DNA of 63,945 nucleotides, filler included, from Intoshia linei (taxonomy: Eukaryota > Animalia > Orthonectida): NCBI GenBank assembly GCA_001642005.1. It is 4 parts of 4 records of this genome, joined end to end, with 100 filler letters (N's around TTAATTAATTAA, not from the genome) between each part and the next. Parts side by side here need not be neighbours in the genome. Positions count along the whole stretch, not along the records: positions 22,250 to 42,019 come from LWCA01000715.1; 3 more parts are not named here. The stretch is one strand, 5' to 3'. Made by a program: the position numbers and the translations under genes. Below, in pieces: positions 26,057 through 40,025 of this stretch (positions are counted from its first letter, which is position 1; each line of letters opens with the position of its first letter). The notes under the pieces were generated by a model. That model ran no database searches. It worked only from the letters and a program-made list of their open reading frames with translations, and was not told where the DNA came from.

Positions 26057-29000
26057 CTAATTGGTACTCCAGAGTTTTTGAAAAGAAGGATATTCAGAAT
26101 CTTTGGAAAATGAATTATTTTCCGGATTGGTCCTATTGAGGTATCCAATTGAAGAGTTATTAAATAATATACCTCGGGGGTCATTCATTTGTACTTTATT
26201 TTTAGTTTTGTGGAAAATGTCTACATTCAATAAAAAAAAATAAAATTAAATAAATTACAGAAACACAGCAGAATTACTGATAAAGTAATCAACAAAATTA
26301 CAAGTTGTGAAAATCCAAATGTAAGTTTATAACTTTTCACATCTAGAAAAATACATGTATATATAAATAAAATTAAATAATTTAAATATATTACAGCCAA
26401 GAATCAACAATAGTTGATCTACACTGAAACCAGTTAGAAAATTTAGAAATGTTAAAATTAACGTAAAAATATAGCGAGTTGGTCAAATTTAAAATATTTA
26501 AATGTCAAATTAAAATGTTTTCAAACATTTTCACTCTTAAAACAGAAAAAAGGTACAACTAAATTAAATTCTAACATGGTGGTTTCAATGATGGGCGATC
26601 GCTACATATTTATTATTTTTAACATTTTCAAAATATTATGCATATTCTTCGCAGACAAGTAGGAAATCATGCAGACCTGCTATTCTAGAGTAATTATTCA
26701 TTACTAAACCTAATTACTCAAATCAGCTAAAACTAACACGCTCGATTCCCTCATCCTAAAAATAAACAATGGCCTCTTTAAATGTTTTAATAAGTTATGC
26801 GTAATTCTATATATTCCTAGTCACTACTCCACGAACCTGGACACGACCGTTATGATATTAAAAGATTTCATGACAATGATTTTATCATAATTTTACAAAA
26901 TGAGCTCCATTTTATTATAATTTATTCAAGTGCATCTCAGGGAACGGTAAGTTCGGCTCTGAATTAAATGTGGCAAAGATCGGTTTATTCACTTTGAAAA
27001 ACTTTTTAACACATCAATTACGTAAACATTAATGTCCATTGACGAACATCGCAACTTAGAGTACATAGAGAAGTGTTTCTCAAACTGAGTCCGCCTGAAA
27101 TTTGGAGTTATGCCGCTGGAATATTTTCATCATTTTCTCAATTCAATTTTCTCTTTATAATCAGGTAATCAAATTAAACAAAAATTTCATTTTTTAATAC
27201 TATTTACAAATATTTTGTATTATCAAATTTTAGGTGATAAATGTGCAAATTTAGATACATTAATAACAGAAAATTCATAAAAATAAGAATTTTTTTAAAT
27301 AATGAACTGTATTCCTAGATGGTACCGTTCTAAAAAAATTAAGAAAAAGTAATTTTAAAGTCGAGAAAATTTTAATGTATTGTTAGTGTGCCATTGGTCA
27401 AATGGTTTGAGAAACACTGACATAGAATATAAGTTACCCGATATTTGTGGTTCATTTTGTTTAGCAATTTTAACTCCAACCTCAACAGTTTGATGTGTAA
27501 GAGTTGAAACGATATTACATGTATACGAATCCAACAAATTAGATTCAAAATTGGTGCTAAGAATCCAATTTTGCCTAATACAAAATACAATACCAATCAA
27601 ATTTTTGTATTCATCATATATATTTTTCTCGGCTACAATATTATCATTACACATAACCTAAAATCAAAATTATAAAATCATTATTTTAATGTATAAAAAA
27701 AAACCTGTAAATCATTAGCTTTCAAAACTTTTGAGTCAACTTTGATAATGACTGGAGCAGAACATTTAGAATTAATAATTATTTCGACATTTTTATCAGG
27801 ATTATCAGTTTTAGGTTCAACAATATAAAAAAGGTCAACAATACTTATAATAGACACATTTTTAAGATTTGTCGCACCGTCTTTGGAATAAAGTGTCAAT
27901 TCAAAATCGACAATTGTTGAGTGAGTTTTACGGCTGAATTGAACAAAATACTGAAATGTTTTAGCATCAAAATCAACCCAACATTCAAGGTTATTGGGAG
28001 AATCGATCACTTGTAGTTCATGAGTATTTTTCAAATCACACCCAAAGGGTATTTTTGATTTATTAATAAAAATATTTTCATAAGTCTGAGACAAATGAAG
28101 CGATTCAACACTATACTTTAATCCATTCAGATAATACTTTGGCGAAGTATGGTGTTCCAAATATATAGTTGAAGCGTCGATACTAGGAATAACCGGCAAG
28201 ATGGCAACATAAATAAATATTTGAAATACGTTTGGCAGTTTAGCATAAATTTTATAATTTCCAAGATTTGTAGCCACAAAAATACCCAATTTAGCATCAA
28301 CTTGCATGTCATCACAAGTCCAAATGATTTGTTTCGTTAAATCATAAATTGTAAAAGTATCACTAAATAGTATATCATCTACATCAGCGAAAATGGCGTC
28401 AAAATTGACATTGGCTTGAACAATTTGACCAAGCTGTAAATACATAGTTTGATTGTAAAAACTTGTCAATACTTTTTTGGAATGAAGGCATGTAATTTCG
28501 ATGACATTCTTGACGAAAATCTGTTGAGAAGTGCAATAACTAAGATTCACATCACTGTAATAAGGATCCTGTTTATTAGATAAACTTTCAGTAGTATAAA
28601 TATAAAAATTTTCGTCAGAATAGTGACTCTGTTTTTTAAAAGCATACGAATTGTCTGAAGAAACCTCAAACGATTTTGGAACACTACAAACTCTTATAAT
28701 GACTGAACCAACACTGAGAGCTTCAAGTTTAATAATATTTTTAGAATAATCTTTAACGGATACAATATCCGATCTACTCAATCTATATATAATGGACTGA
28801 GACGTTGCGTCAAATTTAAAACCTTCTATATCAAAAAATAAAATATTTAAATTAATTAAAAAACCAAGTGGAACTGACTTTAATTTACTAGAAAATTGGT
28901 CAGGTAAAAAGTTTGACGTTGTTGTGTGCCGATGTCGGAAACTCAACAAATGACCATATTGATCACATAAATCCATCTCGATCTGCATAAAAGAAATGAA

Positions 29001-32000
29001 TCTAATGTATATAAGCGTACTTATCACACTAGCATCATGTACGTTTTGTTCGTTTTTTAAAAACTCCGACTTGGTTTGAGTTTTTCGTTTAATGTCATTG
29101 GCCAATTTTTCAACATTTTTAAATTTTTTACGAATTAGAGTTGAAAATAAAAGATAATTATCTTCGATTCCTTCCTGCTCCACTAAATAGTAGCTAGAGT
29201 CGTATAATTTTAACTTTAGACTACAATTACTGCATTGTTGCATTCGATTAATAAAAATATCCATAGGTTTGACTCGAAAAAGTGAGTGTTGTACGTCTGT
29301 AGCATCATAATGAACGTCCAACATCAACTTAGAAGCTGGAGACATAAGAAAGTTTTGACAAGTTATAAAATGGACATAAGTAAATGGATCCACAATTAAA
29401 ATATCCAAACTAGTTGAAACAGTTTTTCCATTTATAATAATCGAAAAGTGCACCACAGATTTACCCGGTTTGATGGCCTTAATAATTTGAACATTTGAGT
29501 CAACTGAATTTAAAAAAAAAACATTATCATTACTTAAATTCCATTGAAACTCTAAATAGTTACTATTTAACCCAGATAATGCAAAAATATTTGATTTTTC
29601 ATGCTGATATAAACCTTCCAAAGTTTGTAGATGGTTGACATAAATCTTGTTCAATGGACTATATATTTTCAAATCACTCAGCACATCAATAACGTGTATT
29701 GTAAACGACACTGTACTAATATTGAAAGTATCTACAAATTGTCGATAAACAGAGGCTTCAACCGTAACCCTACCTGTAGCAGTACCTGTCGTGACAAGTC
29801 CATTATCATCAATTTGGATAATATTTTTGGGAAAACAGGTAAAATTTGTTCGAGAAGAAATTTTGGGCCCATCAAACAGTTTAACTTGAAAAATGGCCAT
29901 TTGTGACAATATCAAATCTTGCGGGTCGACTCTTAATTTAGAAAAAACTTCCACGTTAAGACTATTTGAAACTATAAACTTTTCAACGTCAGATTGATCA
30001 ATAGAACCATCATAAACTTTTGTATATTTCAAATAAACAGTATATTCGCCAGAAGCAAATGATTTTAATATATACAATCCACTGCTTCGTTTATGAATTT
30101 TTAACCCTGACGGTTTCACAAAAAGTTCCACTTCAACATCTTCTAAGGCATCTGAAGGTATAGTCTGAAGTAAAGTATCCAAAAATGTAGTATTAATCAC
30201 GACATCCTTATCCAATTCCACAAGTGGGTCGGAGCTAATACTGATCGATTTTATGTCATAAACGTAAACACTTAAAAAAATGGAGCGGGTAGGATAAAAA
30301 TGACAATCGCAAATGTTTATACTAGTCACACCAACCATTTTGCCACTTACGACGATTTTGTTATCCAATTCGTTCAAATCCAAAAGATTCGCAGTTTCAT
30401 TAAAATTTTCGCATAACCTTGCAATTTTGGAACCATTCATCAATGAAATGTACTTTTTATTGTACCTAGAATCCAGTAGCAAATTTATTCGATTCAAAAC
30501 TTTCCCATCACTAGATAAACTGGGTATCTTGGAATAATACAGTTTAACCTTTTTTTCAATGTTAAAATAATCGGTGGTCTCTATATATCTTTTACCCGTA
30601 ATATCATATTCATTTTCAATTGTTCCATTTTTATAGGTAAAATGTAACGTGTCATCCTTGACATCTAATAAAGTGTCACCGAATCTCGTATGCTGCAAAT
30701 GTACAGAAGACAATTTTGTCAACATTTTGTAATGTTTTTTATCATAATAAGACAAATAAAACTTTGGTATATTAATAATTTCAACGTAAATATATGAAAT
30801 GTCTTCATTATAAGTTTGGCAACGGTTTAATTCAGGATAATAAACATTCATTGAATGGGGGTGATCACATGTTATTTGAATGTCAATAGTGTCAAAATAA
30901 GTTAAAAACATTAAATTTTCAAAATTATTTCCAATGGACAGTGTAATATCAACCAAGTTGGGCAAATCCGTCTCCCTTGTGCATAAAATATTTAACGAGT
31001 GTTTTTCGCCAAGTTTGTCATATCTATGGTTTATAGTGAAATGATTAGTATGAGATGTACTAAAATTGTATCTATAATTTTCAACATTTAAAGAACCACC
31101 CGTAACAACCAAATCAACCGGTGAAAATGGCATAATGACATATTTATTCAAATTAGGCTGAATATTGACAAGATCATAAGAGTAAAATTTGCCAAAAGTC
31201 TCATAACTTTGAAATACATCGAATGATTCATTTGATGCATTCCATTCTTTCGGCACTTTCAATTTGACAAATAATGTTGCTTCTCCTTTGCCAATAGCTT
31301 TCAAATGTAAACTTAAACATCTACCATCAGAATAGCCGTAAACAGGTTCTAATTTTACAATTTCAAATATCAAAGATTTATCAAAATAAAACGAAAAATC
31401 TAAAAGATGACATTGTGTATATTGCTGAACGGTACCATTGTGAATATAATTAGCTCCTATTGGCACAACAAGAGTATCATGGATCAAAGTTTCCCTCTTG
31501 GTTTGACAAATAGAAATACCATGTACCTTTGCGACAACAGCGTCCACAACATCATTGTTGTAGTAGTTATTATCATCATATGCTTTAATTACCATTTTAA
31601 TAACATTCTGCTCAATATTATGAGGTCCACGTATAACCTGACTATTAGATGTGAAATATCCATCATTATTGATCATAAATGCATAATTAATCAAATCCTT
31701 AAATGTATCATTAGCAAAGTGAATAGAAAACGCCGGAACCAATTTAAATTCATCATTCTCATCATAATCATTTACCTTTAAATGATAAACATATGGCTCT
31801 TTATTGTAATTTGGAGGAAAAGATATTAAATTGTCCTGAATATTCAATTTTGCATGTATAACAATTTGACGAGGAGACTGATCAAAAAAGAAACGCTTCT
31901 TAATATTACATCTTTTCAAATCAAAAGTTTCTCCAGTAAAAGTTTTAATGTCACAAATATCTAAACTTGATACACTTATATCAGTTGTCCCTATACCGAT

Positions 32001-35000
32001 AGTATCAAGTTGTATAATATCCCAATTTTTATTTAGAGGCGTGATTTTAGTAATTTGTAAATTGGAAGAAATGAATTGAATGACTATATTTTCAGATATA
32101 TGAATCAAATCATGATTGTGCGTGTAAAAATTTAATTTTAATTCATAACGCGTTCCATTTGTAAGATAATTACCTTCGATATTTAAAATATCGATAAAAT
32201 AAGAGACAGGGCGCGATACAGTGTACGCATTCAATGATGGCATGTACTCATTATAACCTTCATCTAATTCATGATCCCGAAGTTGAATAATGCACGCATT
32301 ATAAGAAACGTCATCATCTTCTCTCATATCATCCATTGTTATTATCAAACATCTCTTGTTATCGATTGTACAATATTCGTTTTCATTGGTTGGCGCTGAA
32401 AATGCATAGTGATATTTTAAACAAATTTGTTCTACTGTAACATCTTTACTACCTTTGACAATTTTTAGTCGAGGTCTATAGATGGCGAAAATTAACAAAT
32501 ATACAACATCTGGAACAAAAGCCAACTTGTCAACAATGTTCAATTTCACATTAATCGGCTCGACACTATTTTTATACAAAATATCATCGACGTGAGCTAC
32601 TATTGTCGCAGAAGAAGACGATATGCCTACTATTAAAACTTTATCAGTTCTAATACCAGAATTTTCAGCCTTTTTGATGTATTCTGATGCAATATAAGAC
32701 GATCTAGTAAAATCCAAAATACGAATCACTTGCTGATTCACATTTTTAGATTTTATGAACCAACGAAACGGAATGCCCTCCAGACTGGTAAATGTATTAC
32801 CAAATACATCTGTTGCTTTAATTGAAAACTTTTCAGGTGTATCTTGTAAAAATAAATGTCGGGTAGTAGTTTCCATGTAGATTTTGTGAATTTTATCAAT
32901 TGTTACGTCGGCTTGTAAAGTTTGTTTAGATAATGGGTCATATGCAACAACTACAGAGGAAATTCTTGACGGTGGTTTATTTTTAGTGGTAAAAATTACC
33001 GCACTTTGGGAGCATTGAAAACTTTCCTTTGAGTCCTTCATTTTTGTAATGGAATCAACCATGGAGATTTCAACATAATGGGGATTACGTGATGTCCTAG
33101 AATCAAAATATTAGAGTATAATAATGTCGTTTATATTATTTATAGATACTATTTATACTAGGTGTGTAATTTTGCAGTTTTTTTAGAAAATAAAAAAGTA
33201 AACCCACGTACGATGAAGAGAGGGTTAAATACTACACAATCTGAAAAAAATAATTTATAAGAATTTACAAAACCCTCGAGGCAAAGCACTTCAAAATTTG
33301 AATAATTGGACATTGCTATTATTTCATAGTTATGAATAATCGTCATAACAATTAATTTTTAATTTTCAAGAAATCGGTTAAATTAAAGTGGCCAGAAAAA
33401 TACGTACTATATCTTTTAGTTTATTTGGCATGAATTTTAAGCTGAAAATTTTTATTCGTCATCATAGATAAGTAGTTTTGGCTTGAAATTTAACATCAAA
33501 TAAACTAAAATTGATAGTACGTATTTTTTCTGGCCACTTTAGTTAAATTGAAGTTTCTCATCAAAATCATTATTAAATCAGCATTTATGCTTCGCTAGAG
33601 TGTTCGATTACGCATCTTTTAAACTATTCATATTCAAATAGGTAAATGGTAACTAATATGAAATTAATTTTGAAACAATACATATTTTTCATATGACAAG
33701 AACAAATATTTATTTTTATTGAAATATTTTGATTTTAATTTCACAGTACAGTGATATCTCGATTTAGTCACGTTCGATTACTTAAAACAAGTATTTTAAT
33801 AAAACATTTTCAGTATTTTCAACAAAAATTGTCAGTATTAAATTGCATATTTTTCAGCATATACTATATAGTCAAGGATATACTGACAGTATATTTAAAG
33901 TACTAAAAAAATAATTTTTTTTTACTTCCCTTCCAATTTAAATATTGACAATAAATTATCTATACTGACACCTAAATACTGACAATTTATTATATCAACT
34001 GACAATTTAATATTTTTACTGACAAACTATTTAAAATACTGACGCTATAAATACACGCCTTACTTAAATTTTAGTTTATTTGGAGTTAAATGTAAAGACA
34101 AAATTACATATCTATGATGGAAAAATTATTTTCGGCTTAAAATTGTTTCTAAATAAACTAAAATTTAAGCAATCAAACGTGATTAAATCGAGATATCACT
34201 GTATTTCAATAATTGATTTTATAAATGTTATAATTTATTTTGTATAATTAGATTTATTGTTTTGTAACCCATACCAACCTGGATAGCTGGGCCGAGGACT
34301 AACGTTTTTATCTCCAATTTTTTAAAATAAATTTAAAATTTTAATATTTACGTAAAGTGGCCAGAAAATACGTACTATCACTAGTTTTAATAGGGAGATA
34401 ATCTTGCAAAATTAAAATTTTTTAATCTGGGAGGCAATGGTTCAAAAAAATATATTTCAGTTAAGAATCTCTGCACTAAAGATTCGATAATAGCAAAAAG
34501 TTGATAAAAAGACAAAATTGAAAAAAAAGTTACGAGTTAAAAGTAACAGTAAAAAATATAAAAAAACTCTTTCTAATTCAGTGTTTCCGAAATGCTGGTC
34601 CGCGAAATAATTGTAAAAATTTTTATACTAATTAGAAGTTTACTATTACGTTTTTTATTAAACTTTTTTTCAATTTTGCATAGTATAGTAGTTTCATTTT
34701 ATGTTATAATTTATTACCAGTCCGCTTAAAAAAAGTGTGGGAACCCTTGTTCTAGTAGTCTTTCGAGAAATGCAATATCGTAAATTTCATTCTCAGCAAT
34801 TGAGACCTTCAGGGTCAAAAATCCAAATGAGTTTTTTATAAAAATTGAAGTCTCCTATAATTTAAAAACAAATCAGTAATATTATATTTCGTTCCAGTTA
34901 AGATTGACAAAAAATTTAAATTTTAGTGATGTTATTACGATCAAATAAACACTTAATCATTAAATGAATTCAGAAAATAGTTTATCTAGTAAATTGAAAA

Positions 35001-35490
35001 ATTAATTGGAAGTTGAATTTGAAATTATCACACATAAAATGATGATATTTGAGTTTTTACTGTAAAAACGTTAATAATGTAAAAACTTAGTTTAAACAAG
35101 AAAACATAAATATTTTTCATTATAAAGTATTATCAATTACAGATTTATGCAGAACCCAATTTACCTTGTCGGTCTTAAATTTTTTCAAATGTTGCAATTA
35201 AAAAAAAGGGCTCAATATTCGCCACCTTACATGAAACAATATAAAATCTATAAAGGAAACGTTTAATGAGTTCAGTACCATAAATAATAAACAAAATGTA
35301 CAAGAAAAAAATAAATTTACCAAACAAAGCATCCAATATTGACATTCAAAATGTACTGTGATTTTGATGATGAGATTGGTAAGAGAACTTTTGGAACATT
35401 GAGTCTATACTTAGTCACTCCATCACTGTTGCAATTAATGCATAAGAAAAGGAAAATGCAATATACTGTGGAATGTAATATAAATTTCAT
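26057..35490 (-). CDS. NUP210: Nuclear pore membrane glycoprotein 210 (gp210)
   Basis: Exon 35321-35490 encodes a signal peptide plus RLNVPKVLLP...GCFVW. It is followed by a giant exon 27705-33096 (GNTFTSLEGIPFRW, Ig-like repeats), an exon from 27657, a transmembrane exon at ~26258-26343 (LVILLITLSVILLCF), and a tail exon 26057-26220 ending KLWSTN*. Junctions between 26400 and 27360 are uncertain. Confidence 0.93.
33387..33538. mobile_element. Palindromic MITE with TTAA-like flanks (Kolobok-like)
   Basis: TTAA|AGTGGCCAGAAAAATACGTACTAT...ATAGTACGTATTTTTTCTGGCCACT|TTAG. Partial copies at ~34355 and ~37375-37490. Confidence 0.7.
33749..34201. mobile_element. TA-flanked Tc1/mariner/pogo-type MITE with an internal ACTGAC-repeat insert
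   Basis: TIRs CAGTGATATCTCGATTTAGTCACGTT / AACGTGATTAAATCGAGATATCACTG, TA on both sides. Confidence 0.8.
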
Positions 35491-36388
35491 AATTTACAGA
35501 AATAAAATTTTTACAGGTTTATAAATCAACATGAGAATAATTTTTTATGTTATCAAAAGGTGTAATATTGCTGCGATAAATCAATTCAATAAATTTCTTT
35601 AATTTAATTTTTTTTATTGGTTGTCAGTGGTTCGTTTTTTTAATTTTATTTTAAAATTTAATTTAAATTTAAATTTTTAAATTTTTAAAATTTTCTTGTC
35701 TAATATGGAGAATCTGCAAATAGTATTTTAAATACCAAGTTGGTATTACCAACCAAAGGACCAACACAATAAACTATGCATTTAAATAAATAAACAATAA
35801 ATGTATGCTATGCATTTTACTGTATGAATTAATTCAAACTGGTCAGTGGCCATTTTTTTCAAACTTGAAAATGCAAATCAATATTAAATTTATGGTTAAA
35901 CATTTTTGATCAAGTCACCCTGTTATCGCATTTCGTCCAATATACATGTTTCATTATTATGCGCATCATAAAAATATACAAAAAAAAATTGGCACTATGA
36001 AAAATTAAGAAACTGCAAATTCATACCCATGGCGATTTATTCACAAATATTATTTTCAATAAACACAGTTCATTTTATACATTTGATTTGACCTTGTAAT
36101 GACAAAGTTAATTAAACTAAACAATTTATTTAAATTAATAAATGAAAGCATATAATTTTGAAATGTCTTACAGTAAAAATATTTAAATATCTTAATTGGA
36201 AATGTCTGATTAATTATTATACAAATTGATAAAAATTTTAAACAGTTAAGAGTTACTAAACGACATTGTAACTATTATATTTGTAGTCTATGTCTATTAT
36301 TTATTTCATAAATAGCCAACTATTTATTTTTCCAGTGTAAAAATATCTAATTAATTAATCACATTTTTATTTTAAAAATTAAAACACC

Positions 36389-39300
36389 ATGATCCGAAGA
36401 AACAGTTTAAGCCGAGGATTTGTCGAAAAAAATCAAGACATATTTGCTGATGATGAAATTTTATATCACCCTAAACATTACTACTTTGAAATTTGTTGGG
36501 AAGTGGTCAATCGAGGTAATTTTAAAATATCAAATGCTTAAAATTTAAAGAAAATGACAAGTATCGTTTGAAATTTACTTTTATTGGAGAATCAAGTTTT
36601 GTTAAGATTGGTGTCCAATTTTATAAATATTTTCAATGTCAAATATTGAGGTGAAAAATTTTAGAAATAAAGTGTTTCTAATATTGGTTTGGTTATGAAT
36701 TGATGGTAATTAAGAGATTTCGTTATGATTAAATAAATTTAGAATTGGTTCAAGGCATAAATTAGCAATGATTAATTTTTAATGAGTCGCACTAATAAAC
36801 ACTTCAATGTCAGACATTCCGAAATTAAATGACTGCTTATGATCATGAATGTTGAATGATTTTAATTGTACTAAACTGGATAATTTTTAGCGGTTAATTT
36901 AAAAATTTATGAGAAGATAATGTGCGGAGTACTCGTTGGAAATTGCAACGAATCGCATTTACAAAAACGCTTTGTCGGAAAATAATATTTATCATAATGT
37001 GTAATTTATTACCACTGTAGTTACACTGTTTACATATCTGATTGACAACTTTTTTTGCGTGCGTACGGTTACAGACTGTCGGCAACCGACATTGATTGAA
37101 TTAAACTTATGCGGTTCATTTTACTTACAAAATTATGAGTTAAATTTGGATTTGATGCGTTAAGAATCAATTTAAAATTAATTTGACCGTAACAAAAAGT
37201 TCAATAGAAAAGTCTCGATATCAAGTATTGATAATAAAAGTTAAATACACAAATATTGATACGCTTATTATGTCATAACCATCGTTAAATACAAAATATC
37301 GTGTGTATTTTGAATTATTTTTATTTCGATAGTGAATTTTGAAATTTGTTTGAAAATGAAGACTAAATAAAGTAAAGTTGCTAGAAAAATACATCATATC
37401 AATTTTAGTTTATTTGGAGTTAAATGTAAAGCCAAAATTACTTATCTACGATGACGAACAGAAATTTTCGGCTTAAAATTTATTCCAAATATTAACCCTT
37501 ATATATTAACAATATGTTAATATTAACACGTATTAACTTTTTGTGGAATATTTGCTATTTTAAGATGAGATTTGTTGTAAAATTTAAAACGTGCTATGTG
37601 GAATTGCATTGAATTTATTACACCACATGTCATTTTTGTACTAATGTATGTTTTCTAGATACTTTTATATATATATGTTCTCAATTGATAGTCATGTTTG
37701 CATTTGATAAGACCATTTTTTAAAAATTGATTTTAACGATCGTAAATCATATGCAATGAATATGAACTAAGTCTTAGCTACACCTGAGACTAGGTACCAT
37801 CAATAATTGCTCATAAACTAATCAAAAATTCAAAATTTTTTGCAATTTATAATGATAAACTTAAAAATTTATAATACTTCTAAAAATGTAATGGTGATAT
37901 ATATTATGGCTAAATTCCAGAAAAAATTTGAAGCCAATACATTTTAGATTGTTTACTTAAATAATTAACTATCGCACAGGCTTTTGCGATTTTATAATTT
38001 ATTGATATTATCAATCGCGTAACATACGTAATACTTAACGTAATAATTACGTACATACGTAACATTGCGATGGATTCTCAAAGTGTTAATTACTTGTAAC
38101 ATTCTTGAAAAAATAAACACCTAAAAAGTTAAATTTAATAAGAATAATAACAGTTTCACATCAAATGAAATTCAAAAATTATTACTAAAATTTCAAAAAT
38201 CCAACAATTTTTACCAAAAAGATACCAACCTTTAAGAGAAAAATCCAGTTTTGTCAACCCTTTATGGAAAATTCTAATTTTACCAACTGTGTTTCAATAA
38301 AAATAAATTCACGTTGAAAATCTAATTTAAAAATCCTACTATTCACTATTATTAATCCTTTAAAGGAGTGGTTCCCAAATTTGTGTCAGGTGGAACCATC
38401 ATATCACATTACTTTTTACTTTAAAGTTAATTATTCCATCTTAATTTTTTGTTTGCTAACATTTTCGTAAAGAATTTTAAAAACTATTGTTATCCCATTT
38501 TTTTAATTTATTAAACAGAATGTGTGTATAATATTAAAATAATATCAATAATCAGAATAATAATTAAAATAATTAGAATAATTTTTTTTTGAATTTTCGG
38601 ACCGTTTTTATTTCACATTTTTTGTTTTAATAAAAATAATTTCGGAAAAAAAATATATGAATACTAAAATAATTTTTTGACGGTGAATTCGTCACTTATT
38701 CAGATTGAACTTTCTTGTCTCTGTTAACAGGATAGAACTGTACCATCTGTAAAATTTTTTAAATTCTAGGGCTGTTTTATTAAAAAAAGAAGGGTAATTG
38801 GGGTTTTTGACCCGTAAGATGTGAGTTTGGGAGGTTGAAATTTATCTTATTATATGCCCCGAAAAAAACTGTAATTGAAACGTGGTCTTTAAAAAATTCT
38901 AAGAGTGGTAGTTATTTCAATAAAGTTTTTGACCCGTAAGATGTGAAATTGGGAGGTTGAAATTTATCTTATTATACGGTTTTTGACCCTTAAGATGTGA
39001 AATTGGGAGGTTGAAATTTATCTTATTATACGCGGAAAAAACTGTATTTGAAATGTTACTTTATAAAATTTTTAAACTGGTAGTTATTTCAATAATGTGG
39101 AACACACACAAACAAAAATCGCATAGCATATTATATAAGTTAGAATTAAATGAGTTAGAAATTTAATAAATACGTTTTAGACCGATAAGATACAATTTTC
39201 TCTATCGAAATAATAAATGTTAGGCGTTAATAAAGGTTGAAAATCGATGGCTTATAACAGGGTAATCCTGCTAGACGGATGGGAACATTTTATAATTTTA

Positions 39301-39970
39301 ATTGTTTCGTGGGAATCATATTTATTATTCAATTATATAAAGTTGATATATATGTGTGTTACCATTTAATTAAAAAATTAAGTTTCTTAGAATGTAAAAA
39401 ATCCAATTTCTAATATGGTTTGTCGAGAATCAGGTTTTATCGTATATTTCGTTTGTTTCTTAATTTCATTCTAATAAACGGAGGCATTAATATCATAAAC
39501 TTAAATTACTCTTATTTATTTTAATGAAAAAATATAAATTAAAGAAAAGTAAAAATTAAAAAGATAATTTGTTTAAACTTGAAACCACAATTTAGTTGGC
39601 GGAATCTATACAGTATTACGTACCAAAGCAGATCAAATGCTTTCTGAATTAAAAAACAAGTATTTCATGGTTGGTCCATATTATCAAGATAAAGTTGTCC
39701 AAGAAGTGGAATTTTGTGCGCCACCTATTTTGATAAACAGTGTTATTCAAATTTTATCTAAACATGGAATAAAGGTAAATTTTATACTATATTAAGAGTT
39801 TCCCTACTCTATATGATTTCAATGCTGATATGAAATGCTATATTTTTTTAGATTTATTTTGGACGATGGTTAATCGATATCACCGGAGTGGCGCCCTATG
39901 TAATATTAGTGGATGTTGGCTCCGCTGCATATAAACTTGATGAATGGAAAGGAAAATTATGGAATCATAG
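36389..39970 (+). CDS. GYS: Glycogen [starch] synthase (GT3), first three exons only
   Basis: Exons 36389-36515, 39596-39774 and 39852-39970 give [22 protein letters not shown]...YFMVGPY...IYFGRWLID...[21 protein letters not shown]. Downstream exons were not found before the 42020 spacer. Confidence 0.92.
38100..39144 (-). mobile_element. Helitron-like repeat with internal tandem subunits (glycogen synthase intron 1)
   Basis: Reverse copy of 8693-9380. It holds three copies of TTTTGACCCGTAAGATGTGAAATTGGGAGGTTGAAATTTATCTTATTATA at ~38805, 38926 and 38980. Confidence 0.65.
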
Positions 39971-40025
39971 GTTAGTAAATTTAATCATGACATGCTTGTT
40001 TACTATAATATTGGGATTTATTTAA

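Noticed and set aside
26874-26965. Intronic C/D-box snoRNA
   Set aside because: Only a degenerate C box and a CTGA, with no convincing terminal stem or recognisable rRNA-complementary guide.
38805-39035. CRISPR-like array of ~50-bp repeats
   Set aside because: The repeats are internal subunits of a dispersed eukaryotic repeat, spacing is irregular, the intervening sequence is itself repetitive, and there are no cas genes.
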